Position numbers and translations under genes: made by a program. The notes under the pieces were generated by a model. It saw only the letters and a program-made list of their open reading frames with translations, made no database searches and was not told the origin of the DNA. Of a stretch of DNA of 47,022 nt, positions 18,752-29,623 are shown piece by piece. The DNA comes from Arenimonas sp. (GTDB lineage: Bacteria > Pseudomonadota > Gammaproteobacteria > Xanthomonadales > Xanthomonadaceae): NCBI GenBank assembly GCA_035304725.1, contig DATGPR010000007.1, positions 1-47,022 of the forward strand, written 5' to 3'. Each line of letters begins with the position of its first letter. Positions within the stretch are counted from its first letter, which is position 1.

Positions 18752-19128
18752 GCGAGCTGCGCAATCCGCTGGCCCGGGCCAAGGGCCTGGGCGCCGCCAA
18801 GGACGGCGTCAACCACTGGTGGGCGCAGCGCGTCAGCGCCATCGCCCTGGCCCTGCTGGCGCCCTGGTTCGCGGTGTTCGCCGCCGGCCTGATCGGCGCC
18901 GATGGCGAAACCGTCCGTGCCGCCATCGCCCGTCCCTGGTGCGCCAGCCTGCTGGCCGCCTTCGTGGTCGCACTGTTCTGGCATGCCCGCCTGGGCCTGC
19001 AGGTCGTGGTCGAGGACTACATCCACGGCTGGATGGAGCTGGTCCTGCAGCTGCTGATCAAGTTCGCCTGCGCCCTGGGCGCCATCGTTTCCCTGCTGGC
19101 CATCGGCCGCATCGCTTTTACTGCCTGA
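18748..19128 (+). CDS. sdhD: Succinate dehydrogenase membrane anchor subunit
   Basis: [30 protein letters not shown]; ATGA overlap with sdhC. Confidence 0.96.
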   Translation: MSELRNPLARAKGLGAAKDGVNHWWAQRVSAIALALLAPWFAVFAAGLIGADGETVRAAIARPWCASLLAAFVVALFWHARLGLQVVVEDYIHGWMELVLQLLIKFACALGAIVSLLAIGRIAFTA

Positions 19129-19135
19129 GGCCGCC

Positions 19136-20923
19136 ATGTCCGCCTACAAGATCCAGGAACACAAGTACGACGTGGTGGTGGTCGGCGCCGGCGGCGCCGG
19201 CCTGCGCGCCACCTTCGGCCTGGCCCAGAAGGGCCTCAAGACCGCCTGCCTGAGCAAGGTCTTCCCGACCCGTTCCCACACCGTGGCCGCCCAGGGCGGC
19301 ATCTCCGCGGCGCTGGGCAACATGGGCGAGGACGACTGGCGCTTCCACTTCTACGACACCATCAAGGGCTCGGACTGGCTGGGCGACCAGGACGCCATCG
19401 AGTACATGTGCCGCGAGGCCATCCCGGCCATCATCGAGCTGGAGCACTACGGCGTGCCGTTCTCCCGCACCGAGGACGGCCGCATCTACCAGCGTCCCTT
19501 CGGCGGCATGACCACGCACTACGGCAAGGGCACCGCCCAGCGCACCTGCGCCGCCGCCGACCGCACCGGCCACGCCATCCTGCACACCCTGTACCAGCAG
19601 TCGCTGGCGCATTCGGCCGAGTTCTTCATCGAGTTCTTCGCCCTCGACCTGATCATGGACGAGGAGGGCGCCTGCCGCGGCGTCCTGGCCCTGGAAATGG
19701 CCACCGGCGAGCTGCACCTGTTCCGCGCCCATGGCGTGGTGCTGGCCACCGGCGGTTATGGCCGCGCCTACTTCAGCGCCACCTCGGCCCATACCTGCAC
19801 CGGCGACGGCGGCGGCATGGCCCTGCGCGCCGGCCTGCCGCTGCAGGACATGGAGTTCGTGCAGTTCCACCCGACCGGCATCTACGGCGCCGGCTGCCTG
19901 ATCACCGAGGGCGTGCGCGGCGAGGGCGGCATCCTGCGCAATGCCAATGGCGAGCGCTTCATGGAGCGCTATGCGCCCAATGCCAAGGACCTGGCCAGCC
20001 GTGACGTGGTTTCGCGCTCGATGACCATCGAGATCCGCGAGGGCCGCGGCGTCGGTCCCAAGAAGGACCACATCCACCTCGACCTGACCCACCTCAATCC
20101 GGCCGACATCCACGAGAAGCTGCCGGGCATCGCCGAGACCGCCAAGATCTTCGCCGGCGTCGACGTCACCAAGCAGCCGATCCCGGTGCTGCCGACCGTG
20201 CACTACAACATGGGCGGCCTGCAGACCAACTACCACGGCGAGGTCGTCACCCTGAAGGATGGCAATCCCGACCACGTGGTGCCGGGCCTGTACGCCATCG
20301 GCGAGGCCGCCTGCGTGTCGGTGCACGGCGCCAACCGCCTGGGTTCGAACTCGCTGCTGGACCTGGTGGTGTTCGGCCGCGCGGTGGCCAACCGCTGCGC
20401 CGAGACCATCAAGCCCTCGGCCCCGCACAAGCAGCTGCCGGCTTCGGTCTGCGACCGCTCGCTGGCCAACCTGGACCGCCTGCGCCATGCCACCGGCGGC
20501 ACCCCGACCGCCGAGATCCGCGACAACATGCAGCGGACCATGCAGAACAACGCCGCGGTGTTCCGCACCGGCGAAACCCTGCAGGAAGGCGTGCAGAAGA
20601 TCCGCGAGGTGTTCAGCTCCTTCGAGGATGTCCGCGTCAGCGACCGTTCGCTGATCTGGAACTCCGACCTGATCGAGACCCTCGAGCTGCAGAACCTGCT
20701 CGGCCAGGCCGTCGCCACCATGGTGTCTGCCGAGAACCGCAAGGAGTCGCGCGGCGCCCACGCCCGGGAGGACTACCCCGAGCGCGACGACGTCAACTGG
20801 CACAAGCACACGCTGTGCTGGGTGGACGAGAAGGGCAACACCCGCATCGACTACCGCCCCGTGCACATGTACACGCTGACCAAGGACGTGGACGTGGTGC
20901 CGCCCAAGCCGCGCACCTACTGA
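19136..20923 (+). CDS. sdhA: Succinate dehydrogenase flavoprotein subunit
   Basis: [16 protein letters not shown] (covalent FAD His), [17 protein letters not shown]. Confidence 0.98.
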   Translation: MSAYKIQEHKYDVVVVGAGGAGLRATFGLAQKGLKTACLSKVFPTRSHTVAAQGGISAALGNMGEDDWRFHFYDTIKGSDWLGDQDAIEYMCREAIPAIIELEHYGVPFSRTEDGRIYQRPFGGMTTHYGKGTAQRTCAAADRTGHAILHTLYQQSLAHSAEFFIEFFALDLIMDEEGACRGVLALEMATGELHLFRAHGVVLATGGYGRAYFSATSAHTCTGDGGGMALRAGLPLQDMEFVQFHPTGIYGAGCLITEGVRGEGGILRNANGERFMERYAPNAKDLASRDVVSRSMTIEIREGRGVGPKKDHIHLDLTHLNPADIHEKLPGIAETAKIFAGVDVTKQPIPVLPTVHYNMGGLQTNYHGEVVTLKDGNPDHVVPGLYAIGEAACVSVHGANRLGSNSLLDLVVFGRAVANRCAETIKPSAPHKQLPASVCDRSLANLDRLRHATGGTPTAEIRDNMQRTMQNNAAVFRTGETLQEGVQKIREVFSSFEDVRVSDRSLIWNSDLIETLELQNLLGQAVATMVSAENRKESRGAHAREDYPERDDVNWHKHTLCWVDEKGNTRIDYRPVHMYTLTKDVDVVPPKPRTY

Positions 20924-20944
20924 TCCGCCCCCAGGACGAAAACC

Positions 20945-21727
20945 ATGGCTGAGCTCACTCTCCCGAAGAATTCCAAGGTCCAGAAGGGCAGGCATTTCCC
21001 GGCCAAGGGCGCGAAGAACATCCGCGTCTTCAAGGTCTACCGCTGGAACCCGGACGAGCCGTCCAACCCGCGCACCGACACCTACGAGGTGGACATGGAC
21101 AGCTGCGGGCCGATGGTTCTGGACGCGCTGATCAAGATCAAGAACGAGATCGACCCGACCCTGACCTTCCGCCGTTCCTGCCGCGAGGGCATCTGCGGCA
21201 GCTGCGCGATGAACATCGACGGCACCAACACTCTGGCCTGCACCAAGGCCATCGAGGACTGCCGCGGCAAGGAAGTGCCGATCTACCCGCTGCCGCACAT
21301 GCCGGTGGTCAAGGACCTGGTGCCGGACCTGACGCACTTCTACGCCCAGTACGCATCGATCCGCCCCTGGCTGCGCACCCAGAGCGCGCCGCCAGCGCGC
21401 GAGCGCCTGCAGTCGAAGGAAGACCGCGCCAAGCTCGACGGCCTGTACGAGTGCATCCTCTGCGCCTGCTGCTCGACCAGCTGCCCGAGCTACTGGTGGA
21501 ACGGCGAGCGCTATCTCGGCCCGGCGATCCTGCTGCAGGCCTACCGCTGGATCATCGACAGCCGCGACGAGGACACCGGCACGCGCCTGGACGAGCTGGA
21601 GGATCCCTTCAAGCTCTACCGCTGCCACACCATCATGAACTGCACCCGCACCTGCCCGAAGGGGCTCAATCCCGCCAAGGCCATCGGCGAGATCAAGAAG
21701 CTGATGCTGCAGCGGCGCGGTGCCTGA
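20945..21727 (+). CDS. sdhB: Succinate dehydrogenase iron-sulfur subunit
   Basis: [33 protein letters not shown]. Confidence 0.98.
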   Translation: MAELTLPKNSKVQKGRHFPAKGAKNIRVFKVYRWNPDEPSNPRTDTYEVDMDSCGPMVLDALIKIKNEIDPTLTFRRSCREGICGSCAMNIDGTNTLACTKAIEDCRGKEVPIYPLPHMPVVKDLVPDLTHFYAQYASIRPWLRTQSAPPARERLQSKEDRAKLDGLYECILCACCSTSCPSYWWNGERYLGPAILLQAYRWIIDSRDEDTGTRLDELEDPFKLYRCHTIMNCTRTCPKGLNPAKAIGEIKKLMLQRRGA

Positions 21728-21740
21728 CGCGGAACCGGCC

Positions 21741-21827
21741 ATGAGCTATGCCTCGATGCTGTGGCCGGGCCTGGCGATGGCGGGGCTGAGCCTGCCGGCC
21801 TGGCTGGCCCGGGGACTGCCGGCATGA
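21741..21827 (+). other. 28-codon hydrophobic ORF between sdhB and sdhE (microprotein or gene relic)
   Basis: [28 protein letters not shown]; GGA upstream; stop overlaps sdhE start (ATGA). Confidence 0.5.
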
Positions 21828-22075
21828 GCACGGAAGAGGCCGAACTGCGGCGGCTGCGCTGGCGCTGCCGGCGCGGCATGCGCGAGCTCGACCAGCTGAT
21901 GCTGCGATATCTCGACGCCGGCTGGCCGTCGGCGGACGAAGCCGAACGGGCGGTTTTCCTCCGGCTGCTCGATTGCGAGGACGATAAGCTCTGGCGCTGG
22001 TTCATGGGCCGCGAAGAGGCGGCCGATCCGGAGCTCGATGCCCTCGTCCGCCGCATCCTCGACCTTCCGCATTGA
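21824..22075 (+). CDS. sdhE: FAD assembly factor SdhE (SDHAF2/YgfY)
   Basis: [25 protein letters not shown]. Confidence 0.95.
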   Translation: MSTEEAELRRLRWRCRRGMRELDQLMLRYLDAGWPSADEAERAVFLRLLDCEDDKLWRWFMGREEAADPELDALVRRILDLPH

Positions 22076-22487
22076 CTGGCGTCCTTCCCGGGCCTGGCTG
22101 GCGGCGATCGTGCTGCTGACACTGTCGGCTGCGGTGGCACCATGGCTGAGTGCGCTGGCGCCCGCCTGGGCCGGCCTGGCCAGCCTGACGGCCCTGGCCT
22201 GGGGCTTCCGGCTCTGGCGACGGGAACGGCACCGGCCGGCCTGCGAACTGCTCTACGACGGTGGCCGCTGGTGGCTGCTGCCGGTCCGCGGCCGGATCGC
22301 GCCGCTGGTGCGGACGGTCTGGGTGCTGCGCGGCCCGTTCGCCTGGCTGCGCGCCGAGGACGCGCTGGGGCGGCGCTGGCGTCTGGCCTGGACGCCGGAC
22401 AACCTGCCGGCGCCGGCCCGACGTGAACTGCGGCTGGCCGTGTCCGCCGGCACGATTCCCGCGGCGCTGCCGCTCGTGGCACCCTAG
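22038..22487 (+). CDS. YgfX/CptA-like membrane protein
   Basis: WRPSR then two TM helices, C-terminal DNL...RRELRL; overlaps the sdhE 3' end as ygfX does. Confidence 0.7.
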   Translation: MPSSAASSTFRIDWRPSRAWLAAIVLLTLSAAVAPWLSALAPAWAGLASLTALAWGFRLWRRERHRPACELLYDGGRWWLLPVRGRIAPLVRTVWVLRGPFAWLRAEDALGRRWRLAWTPDNLPAPARRELRLAVSAGTIPAALPLVAP

Positions 22488-22493
22488 GCGCCC

Positions 22494-23741
22494 ATGTTCC
22501 AACCCCTTTCCGCCGCCATCGGCCTGCGCTATCTGCGCGCCAAGCGCCGCAACGGCTTCATCTCCTTCCTGTCCCTGGCCTCCATCCTGGGCATCATCCT
22601 GGGCGTGGTGGCGCTGATCACCACCATCGCGGTGATGAGCGGTTTCCAGCAGGAACTGCGCGAACGCATCCTCGGCATGGTGGCGCATGCCACCGTCTCC
22701 GGCGTGGATGGTCCGCTGCAGGACTGGCAGCGCGCCGTTGAACTGGCCGGCGAGGACCCGCGCGTGCTCGGCGCCGCGCCCTATGTCGAAACCGAGACCC
22801 TGATCCAGGGCCGCCGCCGCCAGGGCGCGCTGCTGCGCGGCGTCGAGCCTTCGCTGGAACCCCGGGTGTCGCAGCTGGCCGACAAGATGAAGCAGGGCCG
22901 CCTGGACGACCTGCAGCCGGGCGAATACCGCATCCTGCTTGGCGTCGAGCTGGCGCAGGTGCTGGGCGTGCAGCCGGGCGACGACATCAACGTCTACATC
23001 GCCCAGACCACGGTGACGCCGCTGGGCTCGATGCCGCGGGCGCGCCGTTTCACCGTCGCCGGCATCTTCGAGGCCGGCGCCCAGGAGTACGACCTGGGCC
23101 TGGCGGTCATCCACCTGCAGGACGCCCAGGCCCTGACCCGCATGGGCGATGGCGTCACCGGCGTGCGCCTGCGCCTGGACGACCTCTGGGATGCCTGGAA
23201 CGTCGCCCGCGACCTCGCCGACGGCCTCGACGGCGACTTCTACCGGGTGCGCGACTGGAGCCGCGACCACGCCAACTTCTTCCGCGCCCTGAAGATGGAG
23301 AAGACGGTGATGTTCATCCTGCTCTCGCTGGTGATCCTCATCGCCGCCTTCAACCTGGTGTCCTCGCTGGTGATGCTGGTGCAGGACAAGCAGTCGGACA
23401 TCGCCATCCTGCGCACCCTGGGCATGTCGCCGGGGGCGGTGATGCGGGTGTTCGTGGTGCAGGGCCTGGTGGTGGGCCTGGCCGGCATCGCCATCGGCGT
23501 CAGCGCCGGCGTCGCCCTGGCCAGCAACCTCTCGCACGTGGTCGCCTTCGTCGAGAAGGTGTTCGACACCGAGCTGATGCCCTCGGACGTCTACTACATC
23601 AGCGGCGTGCCCTCGGTGGTGAATGTCTCCGACGTGGTGATGGTGGCCCTGATCGCCTTCGTCATGTGCCTGCTGGCCACCCTGTACCCGGCCTGGCGCG
23701 CCTCCCGCACCGATCCGGCCACGGCCCTGCGTTATGAGTGA
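22494..23741 (+). CDS. lolC: Lipoprotein-releasing ABC transporter permease (single LolC/E-type gene)
   Basis: [48 protein letters not shown]. Confidence 0.95.
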   Translation: MFQPLSAAIGLRYLRAKRRNGFISFLSLASILGIILGVVALITTIAVMSGFQQELRERILGMVAHATVSGVDGPLQDWQRAVELAGEDPRVLGAAPYVETETLIQGRRRQGALLRGVEPSLEPRVSQLADKMKQGRLDDLQPGEYRILLGVELAQVLGVQPGDDINVYIAQTTVTPLGSMPRARRFTVAGIFEAGAQEYDLGLAVIHLQDAQALTRMGDGVTGVRLRLDDLWDAWNVARDLADGLDGDFYRVRDWSRDHANFFRALKMEKTVMFILLSLVILIAAFNLVSSLVMLVQDKQSDIAILRTLGMSPGAVMRVFVVQGLVVGLAGIAIGVSAGVALASNLSHVVAFVEKVFDTELMPSDVYYISGVPSVVNVSDVVMVALIAFVMCLLATLYPAWRASRTDPATALRYE

Positions 23742-24435
23742 GGCCGCCATGTCCGCCGTGATCCGCTGCCATGCGCTGGGCAAGACCTACGAGGAGGGCA
23801 GCCTGCGCACGCCCGTCTTCCACGATCTCTCGCTGGAGGTGAGGGCGGGGGAGACCGTGGCCATCGTCGGCGCCTCCGGCGTCGGCAAGTCCACCCTGCT
23901 GCACCTGCTCGGCGGCCTGGACCATCCGACCGCCGGCGAGGTGGAAGTGGCGGGCCAGATGATGTCGGCGCTCACGCCCAGGGCCCGCGGCGACCTGCGC
24001 AACCGTGCCCTGGGCTTCATCTACCAGTTCCACCACCTGCTGCCGGAATTCACCGCCCTGGAGAACGTGATGATGCCGCTGCTGGTGCGCGGCGAGCCGG
24101 TGGAGAAGGCGAAGGAACCGGCGCAGCGGCTGCTGGAGCGGGTCGGCCTTGGCCACCGCCTGCAGCACAAGCCCGGCGAGATGTCCGGCGGCGAGCGCCA
24201 GCGCGCTGCCGTCGCCCGCGCCCTGGTCACCCGTCCTGCCTGCGTGCTGGGCGACGAACCCACCGGCAACCTGGACGAGAAGACCGCCGCCGGCGTGCTC
24301 GACCTGCTGCTGGAACTCAACCGGGAGCAGGGCACCGCCCTGGTCCTGGTCACCCACGATCGCCGCCTGGCGCGGCGACTGGATCGGACCCTGGAACTGA
24401 CCCAGGGAAAACTGCAGCCCCTCACCGGGGACTGA
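23734..24435 (+). CDS. lolD: Lipoprotein-releasing ABC transporter ATPase (alternative start 23749)
   Basis: [36 protein letters not shown]. Confidence 0.95.
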   Translation: MSEAAMSAVIRCHALGKTYEEGSLRTPVFHDLSLEVRAGETVAIVGASGVGKSTLLHLLGGLDHPTAGEVEVAGQMMSALTPRARGDLRNRALGFIYQFHHLLPEFTALENVMMPLLVRGEPVEKAKEPAQRLLERVGLGHRLQHKPGEMSGGERQRAAVARALVTRPACVLGDEPTGNLDEKTAAGVLDLLLELNREQGTALVLVTHDRRLARRLDRTLELTQGKLQPLTGD

Positions 24436-26799
24436 GTGCGCGCCGCGCCGGCGGCCAGCCCGGCACCCTTCGGGCCGGCCTGCGCGCTGGCCATGCTGGC
24501 CGGCGTGCTGCTCATGCAGCGGGCGCCCTCGCTGCCGCCCGTTTGGCTGGCGATCCCGGCCCTCGTCTCCGCCTTGTTGCTGTGGAAGCGCGCTGGCGCG
24601 TGGCGTCCGTTCGGCGCTTTGCTCGCCGGCCTGGCGCTTGCCAGCCTGCACGGCGCGCACGCGCTCTCGCTGCAATGGCCGGTGGAAGCGGGCGCAGGCA
24701 GTGGCTGGGTGCACGGGCGGGTGATCGGCCTGCCGGACCGTGGCCAGGATGCGCTGCGCTTCGCCTTCCGGGTGGAGCAGGGCGAGGGCCAGGCGGAAGC
24801 GCTGAGGGGCCGCCTTCTGCGCGTGTCCTGGTTCGCCGGACGCGGCGAAGACGCTGCCCCGCTGCCTGCGCTGCAGGCCGGCAGCCGCTGGCGCCTGAAG
24901 CTGGGCTGGCGGGCGCCGCTGGGCCTGGCCAACCCGGGCGGCTTCGACCTGGAGCGCCGTGCCGTCGAGCAGCGCATCGCCGCCCTGGCCCAGGTGCAGG
25001 CGCCCGAGGGCGCCATCCAGCTGGAGCAGGGACGCGGCCTGGACGCCTGGCGCGAACGGCAGGCCGGACGCATCGCCTCGGTGACAGACGACGCCACGGC
25101 TCGTTTCGTCCGTGCCCTGGCCCTGGGCGATACCCGCGGCCTGGATGACCGCGACTGGGACATCCTGCGCATCACCGGCCTGACCCACCTGATTGCGATC
25201 TCCGGCTTCCATGTCGGCCTGGTCGCCGGCTTCGGCGCGGTGCTGGCGCGCCTGGCCTGGTGGCTGCTGCCGGGCCTGGGCCGGTACTGGCCGCGTCCGC
25301 TGGCGGCCGCGGCGGCGGCCTTGCTGGCGGCGGCCGTCTACACCGCGCTGGCCGGCTTCGCCCTGCCGACGCTGCGCACCCTGCTGATGATCGCCGTGCT
25401 CGCCCTGGCCCGCCTGGCGCGCAGGACCAGCGGGCCCGCCACCGGCCTGGCCCTGGCTCTGTTGGCCATCCTCCTGGTCGATCCGCTGGCGGTGCTGGCA
25501 CCGGGTTTCTGGCTGAGCTTTGCCGGCGTGGCCTGGCTGCTCTGGTGCCTGCCGGGCGGCGAGGACGGGCATCCGGTGCGCGGGCTGGTACTGGCGCAGG
25601 CGGTCGTCACTGCCGGATTGCTGCCGCTGACGGTCTGGTTCTTCCGCCAGGCCTCGCTGGTGGGGCCGCTGGCCAACCTGCTGGGCATTCCCTGGATCAG
25701 CCTGGTGGTCGTACCGCTGGCCCTGCTGGGATTGTTGCTGGCGCCCGTGCACGACGGCGCGGCGCAGCTGGCCTGGCAGGCCTCGGCCGGGGCCATGGCG
25801 CTGCTGTGGCAGGGCCTGGAGCGGGCCGCGCAGTGGCCGGCCGCCTTCGCCTGGTTGCCGGAGCCCGATCTGGCCAGCCTGCTGCTGGCCCTGGCCGGCG
25901 CCTTCTGGCTGACGCTGCCGCGCGGGGTGCCGGGCAAGCCGCTGGCGCTGCTGTTGTGGCTGCCGCTGCTCTGGCCACCACGCGGACTGCCGCCGCCCGG
26001 GACGGTGGACATCATCCAGTGGGACGTGGGGCAGGGCCTGTCGGTGCTGGTGCGCACCCACCGCCACACGCTGCTCTACGACGCCGGCCCGGCGCCGCCG
26101 CGGGGCCTCGATGCCGGCGAGGCGGTGGTGCTGCCGGCCCTGCGCGCCATGGGCGTGGGCAAGCTGGACTTGCTGGTGCTCAGCCACGGCGACAACGATC
26201 ACGCCGGCGGCGAACAGGCCATCCGCCGCGGCCTGCCGGTGGCACGGGTGGTGGCCCCGCGCGGCTGGGCACATGGCGACATGGCGCCCTGCCTGGCCGG
26301 CGACCGCTGGCACTGGGACGGCGTCGACTTCGAATGGCTGCATCCACCGCTGCACCTGCCTTACCTGGGCAATGACAGCGGCTGCGTGCTGCGGATCCGC
26401 ACTGCCGGCGCCTCGGCCCTGCTGCCGGGCGATGTCGGCCGCCATGTCGAGGCCGGCCTGGCCCGACGGGCCGAGGTCCGCAGCGACCTGCTGCTGGTGC
26501 CGCACCACGGCAGCGATGGTTCCTCCAGCCTGGACTTCCTGGCGGCGGTGCGGCCCTCGCTGGCCCTGCTCTCGGCCGGGCGCGACAACCGCTTCGGCTT
26601 CCCCAAGCCCATCGTGCTGCGCCGCTACCAGCGCTACGGGGTGCGGCTGCTGGACAGCGCCGGCCACGGCAGCCTCTGGCTGCGTCTGGGCCCGGCGGGC
26701 GTGGAACTGCGGGAGCGCTTCCGCCAGGACCGCCCGCGCTACTGGCGCCATGCCGGCGGCGGGTATGCTATCGGCGGTCCCCCCGAACCCGACAGGTGA
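24436..26799 (+). CDS. comEC: DNA internalization competence protein ComEC/Rec2
   Basis: NPGGFD, HLIAISGFHV, GFWLSF, DVGQG, SHGDNDHAGG, PHHGS. Confidence 0.95.
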   Translation: MRAAPAASPAPFGPACALAMLAGVLLMQRAPSLPPVWLAIPALVSALLLWKRAGAWRPFGALLAGLALASLHGAHALSLQWPVEAGAGSGWVHGRVIGLPDRGQDALRFAFRVEQGEGQAEALRGRLLRVSWFAGRGEDAAPLPALQAGSRWRLKLGWRAPLGLANPGGFDLERRAVEQRIAALAQVQAPEGAIQLEQGRGLDAWRERQAGRIASVTDDATARFVRALALGDTRGLDDRDWDILRITGLTHLIAISGFHVGLVAGFGAVLARLAWWLLPGLGRYWPRPLAAAAAALLAAAVYTALAGFALPTLRTLLMIAVLALARLARRTSGPATGLALALLAILLVDPLAVLAPGFWLSFAGVAWLLWCLPGGEDGHPVRGLVLAQAVVTAGLLPLTVWFFRQASLVGPLANLLGIPWISLVVVPLALLGLLLAPVHDGAAQLAWQASAGAMALLWQGLERAAQWPAAFAWLPEPDLASLLLALAGAFWLTLPRGVPGKPLALLLWLPLLWPPRGLPPPGTVDIIQWDVGQGLSVLVRTHRHTLLYDAGPAPPRGLDAGEAVVLPALRAMGVGKLDLLVLSHGDNDHAGGEQAIRRGLPVARVVAPRGWAHGDMAPCLAGDRWHWDGVDFEWLHPPLHLPYLGNDSGCVLRIRTAGASALLPGDVGRHVEAGLARRAEVRSDLLLVPHHGSDGSSSLDFLAAVRPSLALLSAGRDNRFGFPKPIVLRRYQRYGVRLLDSAGHGSLWLRLGPAGVELRERFRQDRPRYWRHAGGGYAIGGPPEPDR
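26764..26769 (+). promoter_or_regulatory. Candidate -10 element for exbB-exbD-msbA-lpxK inside the comEC 3' end
   Basis: TATGCT hexamer 33 nt upstream of the exbB GTG; no clear -35. Confidence 0.45.
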
Positions 26800-26802
26800 C
26801 GA

Positions 26803-27456
26803 GTGCTGGAACTGATCAAAGCCGGCGGCTGGGTAATGCTGCCGATCATCGTGCTGGCCGTGCTGGCCCTGGCGATCATCCTGGAACGCTTCTGGAGCCT
26901 GCGCAGGCGCGAAGTGCTGCCGCCCGGCCTGGGCGAGGAGGTGCGCGAGTGGGCCAAGGGCCGCCAGCTCGATCCCCGGCATATCGACGTGCTGCGCCGG
27001 AACTCGCCCCTGGGCGAGCTGCTGGCGGCCGGCCTGGACGTGCGCGACCGCCCGCGCGAGCTGATCAAGGAACGCATCGAGGACGTCGGCCGGCACGTGG
27101 CGCACCGGCTGGAGCGTTTCCTCGCCACCCTGGGCACCATCGCCGCGGTGACGCCGCTGCTGGGCCTGCTGGGCACGGTGTTCGGCATGATCGAAATGTT
27201 CATGGAGATCCTGGTCTCCGGCGTCGGTGACGCCAACCAGCTGGCCGGCGGCATCGGCCAGGCCCTGATCTCCACCGCCGCCGGCCTGTGCGTGGCCATT
27301 CCGGCGCTGATGTTCCACCGCTACCTGCGCGGCCGCGTCACCGCCTACATCATCGAGATGGAGAAGCAGGCCATGGCCCTGCTGGATGCCCTCGACCCGG
27401 GCACCTCGACGCCGACCCGGTCCCGCGCCGGCAGCAAGCGGAGCAGCGCGGCATGA
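26803..27456 (+). CDS. MotA/TolQ/ExbB proton channel family protein
   Basis: AGGWVMLPI, TPLLGLLGTVFGMI, GIGQALISTAAGL. Confidence 0.93.
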   Translation: MLELIKAGGWVMLPIIVLAVLALAIILERFWSLRRREVLPPGLGEEVREWAKGRQLDPRHIDVLRRNSPLGELLAAGLDVRDRPRELIKERIEDVGRHVAHRLERFLATLGTIAAVTPLLGLLGTVFGMIEMFMEILVSGVGDANQLAGGIGQALISTAAGLCVAIPALMFHRYLRGRVTAYIIEMEKQAMALLDALDPGTSTPTRSRAGSKRSSAA

Positions 27457-27875
27457 GGCTGAGCTCGGGCAAGGTGCCGGACGAGCCGGAGATCAACCTG
27501 GTCTCCCTGATCGACGTGGTGTTCTGCCTGATCATCTTCCTGGTGGTCACCACGACCTTCGACCACCGGGCGGCGCTGAAACTGGTGCTGCCCAACGCGC
27601 AGCAGCCGGCGACGGTCGAGGAGGTCTCGCCGCTGGTGCTGGTGGTGGATGCCGAGGGACGCTACTTCCTCGGCCAGGACGAAGTGCTCAAGCGCGACAC
27701 CGCCTCGCTGAAGGACGCCATCGCCCGTGTCGCCGGCCCGGACCGCGAGCGGCCGGTGGTGGTGCGCGGTGATGCCCGGGCGCCGGTGCAGGCCCTGGTC
27801 ACCGCCATGGATGCGCTGGGCCAGCTCGGCTTCACGAAGATCCGCATCGCGACCACCCCCGAGGGCAAGTCTTGA
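27453..27875 (+). CDS. ExbD/TolR family protein
   Basis: EINLVSLIDVVF (conserved TM Asp), RGDAR; ATGA overlap. Confidence 0.93.
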   Translation: MRLSSGKVPDEPEINLVSLIDVVFCLIIFLVVTTTFDHRAALKLVLPNAQQPATVEEVSPLVLVVDAEGRYFLGQDEVLKRDTASLKDAIARVAGPDRERPVVVRGDARAPVQALVTAMDALGQLGFTKIRIATTPEGKS

Positions 27876-29623
27876 GCAGGGAAACCTCGTCCTGGGTGAT
27901 CTACCGGCGCCTGCTGGGCCGGGCCCGGCGTTACTGGCTGCTGCTGGCCGCTGCCGCGGTCGGCATGGTGTTCGAGGCCGCCGCCGCCGGCGCCTTCACC
28001 GCCCTGATGGAGCCGATGGTCAACGAGACCTTCGTGGCCCGGAACCCGGAGGTGCGCTGGACCCTGCCGCTGGCCATCGTCGGCCTGTTCCTGCTGCGCG
28101 GCATCGCCACCTTCTGCACCGACTACGGCATGGCCCGCGCCGGCCGCAGCGTCGTGCGCGACCTGCGCCACGACATCCTGGCCAAGTACCTGCGCCTGCC
28201 CAGCGCCCGCTTCGACCAGGAGCCGGTGCCGTCCATGGTCTCGCGCCTGAACTACGACACCGAGCAGGTCACCCAGGCTTCCAGCGAGGCGATCAAGACC
28301 ATCCTCACCGACAGCCTGACCATCGTCGTGCTGCTGGGCGTGATGCTTTACCAGAGCCCGCGCGTGACCCTGGTGATGCTGGTGCTGGCGCCGCTGATCG
28401 CCCTGATTTCCTCGGCCGTGGGCAAGCGCTACCGGCGCATCAACCGCGGCATCCAGGATGGCGTGGCGAACATGGCCCAGGTGGCCGAGCAGGCGCTGTC
28501 GGCGCAGCAGGAAGTGAAGATCTACGGCGCCCAGGCTTCCGAGCTGGCCCGCTACGACGAGCTGATCGACCGCAACCTCCGCCTGGGCACCAAGGTCGAG
28601 GCCACCCGCGCCGCCGCTTCTTCGGTGGTGCAGTTGCTGGCGGCGGTGGCGCTGGCGGTGATCCTGCTGGTGGCCGGCCTCGAGGCCGCCAAGGGCCGGA
28701 TGGACGCCGGCAGCTTCGTCGCCATGCTGACGGCGATGATGGCCATGCTGCCTTCGCTCAAGCGCATCACCAACGTGCAGGCGCTGATCCAGCGCGGCGT
28801 GGCGGCGGCCGACCGCCTGTTCGCCATCCTCGATTCGGCGGACGAACCCGATGGCGGCAGCGTGGCCGTCGAGCGCATGCGCGGCGAGATCGAGTTCCGC
28901 AACGTCAGCCTGCGCTACGCCGGCAGCGACGAGCCGGCCCTGCAGGGGCTGAGCTTCAAGGCCGCGCCCGGCACCGTCACCGCCATCGTCGGCCGCTCCG
29001 GCAGCGGCAAGTCCACCCTGATCCGGCTGCTGCCGCGCTTCTACGAGGCCAGCGAGGGCGAGGTGCTGGTCGACGGCCGGCCGGTGCAGGACTACCGCCT
29101 GGCCGACCTGCGCCGGCAGATCGCCCTGGTGGGGCAGCGGGTGATGCTGTTCGACGACAGTGTCGCCGCCAACATCGCCTATGGCATGCCCGGCGCCGAT
29201 CCCGACCGGATCCGCGCGGCCGCCGAGGCCGCGAATGCCATGGAGTTCATCGAGCGCCTGCCGGGCGGCATGCAGGCGCGCATCGGCGAGAACGGCGGCC
29301 TGCTTTCCGGCGGCCAGCGCCAGCGCCTGGCCATCGCCCGCGCCATCCTCAAGGACGCGCCCATCCTGATCCTCGACGAGGCCACCGCCGCCCTCGACAC
29401 CGAATCCGAACGCCTGGTGCAGGCGGCCCTGGACCGGCTGATCCCGGATCGCACCACGCTGGTGATCGCCCACCGCCTGTCCACGGTCGAACATGCCGAC
29501 CAGGTGCTGGTGCTGGACGGCGGCCGCCTGGTGGAGCAGGGCAGGCATGCCGAGCTGCTGGCCCGCGGCGGCCTGTACGCGCACCTGCACCGCATGCAGT
29601 TCCGGGAGGCGGAAGGCTCGTGA
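27872..29623 (+). CDS. msbA: Lipid A export ABC transporter MsbA
   Basis: TM domain fused to NBD (GRSGSGKS, LSGGQRQR, LDEAT); directly upstream of lpxK. Confidence 0.95.
   Translation: MSRETSSWVIYRRLLGRARRYWLLLAAAAVGMVFEAAAAGAFTALMEPMVNETFVARNPEVRWTLPLAIVGLFLLRGIATFCTDYGMARAGRSVVRDLRHDILAKYLRLPSARFDQEPVPSMVSRLNYDTEQVTQASSEAIKTILTDSLTIVVLLGVMLYQSPRVTLVMLVLAPLIALISSAVGKRYRRINRGIQDGVANMAQVAEQALSAQQEVKIYGAQASELARYDELIDRNLRLGTKVEATRAAASSVVQLLAAVALAVILLVAGLEAAKGRMDAGSFVAMLTAMMAMLPSLKRITNVQALIQRGVAAADRLFAILDSADEPDGGSVAVERMRGEIEFRNVSLRYAGSDEPALQGLSFKAAPGTVTAIVGRSGSGKSTLIRLLPRFYEASEGEVLVDGRPVQDYRLADLRRQIALVGQRVMLFDDSVAANIAYGMPGADPDRIRAAAEAANAMEFIERLPGGMQARIGENGGLLSGGQRQRLAIARAILKDAPILILDEATAALDTESERLVQAALDRLIPDRTTLVIAHRLSTVEHADQVLVLDGGRLVEQGRHAELLARGGLYAHLHRMQFREAEGS

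Noticed and set aside
21824-22487. sdhE-ygfX read as a CptBA toxin-antitoxin pair
   Set aside because: SdhE is an established flavinylation factor and the pair sits in the sdh operon; nothing here supports a TA role
23662-27318. Very long antisense ORFs (1218 aa here; also 3839-6724, 12990-15107, 19118-21742, 27662-29818, 35957-37831, 38075-40648, 44707-47010)
   Set aside because: They are shadows of well-identified genes on the opposite strand; high GC3 depletes stop codons and the translations show no motifs
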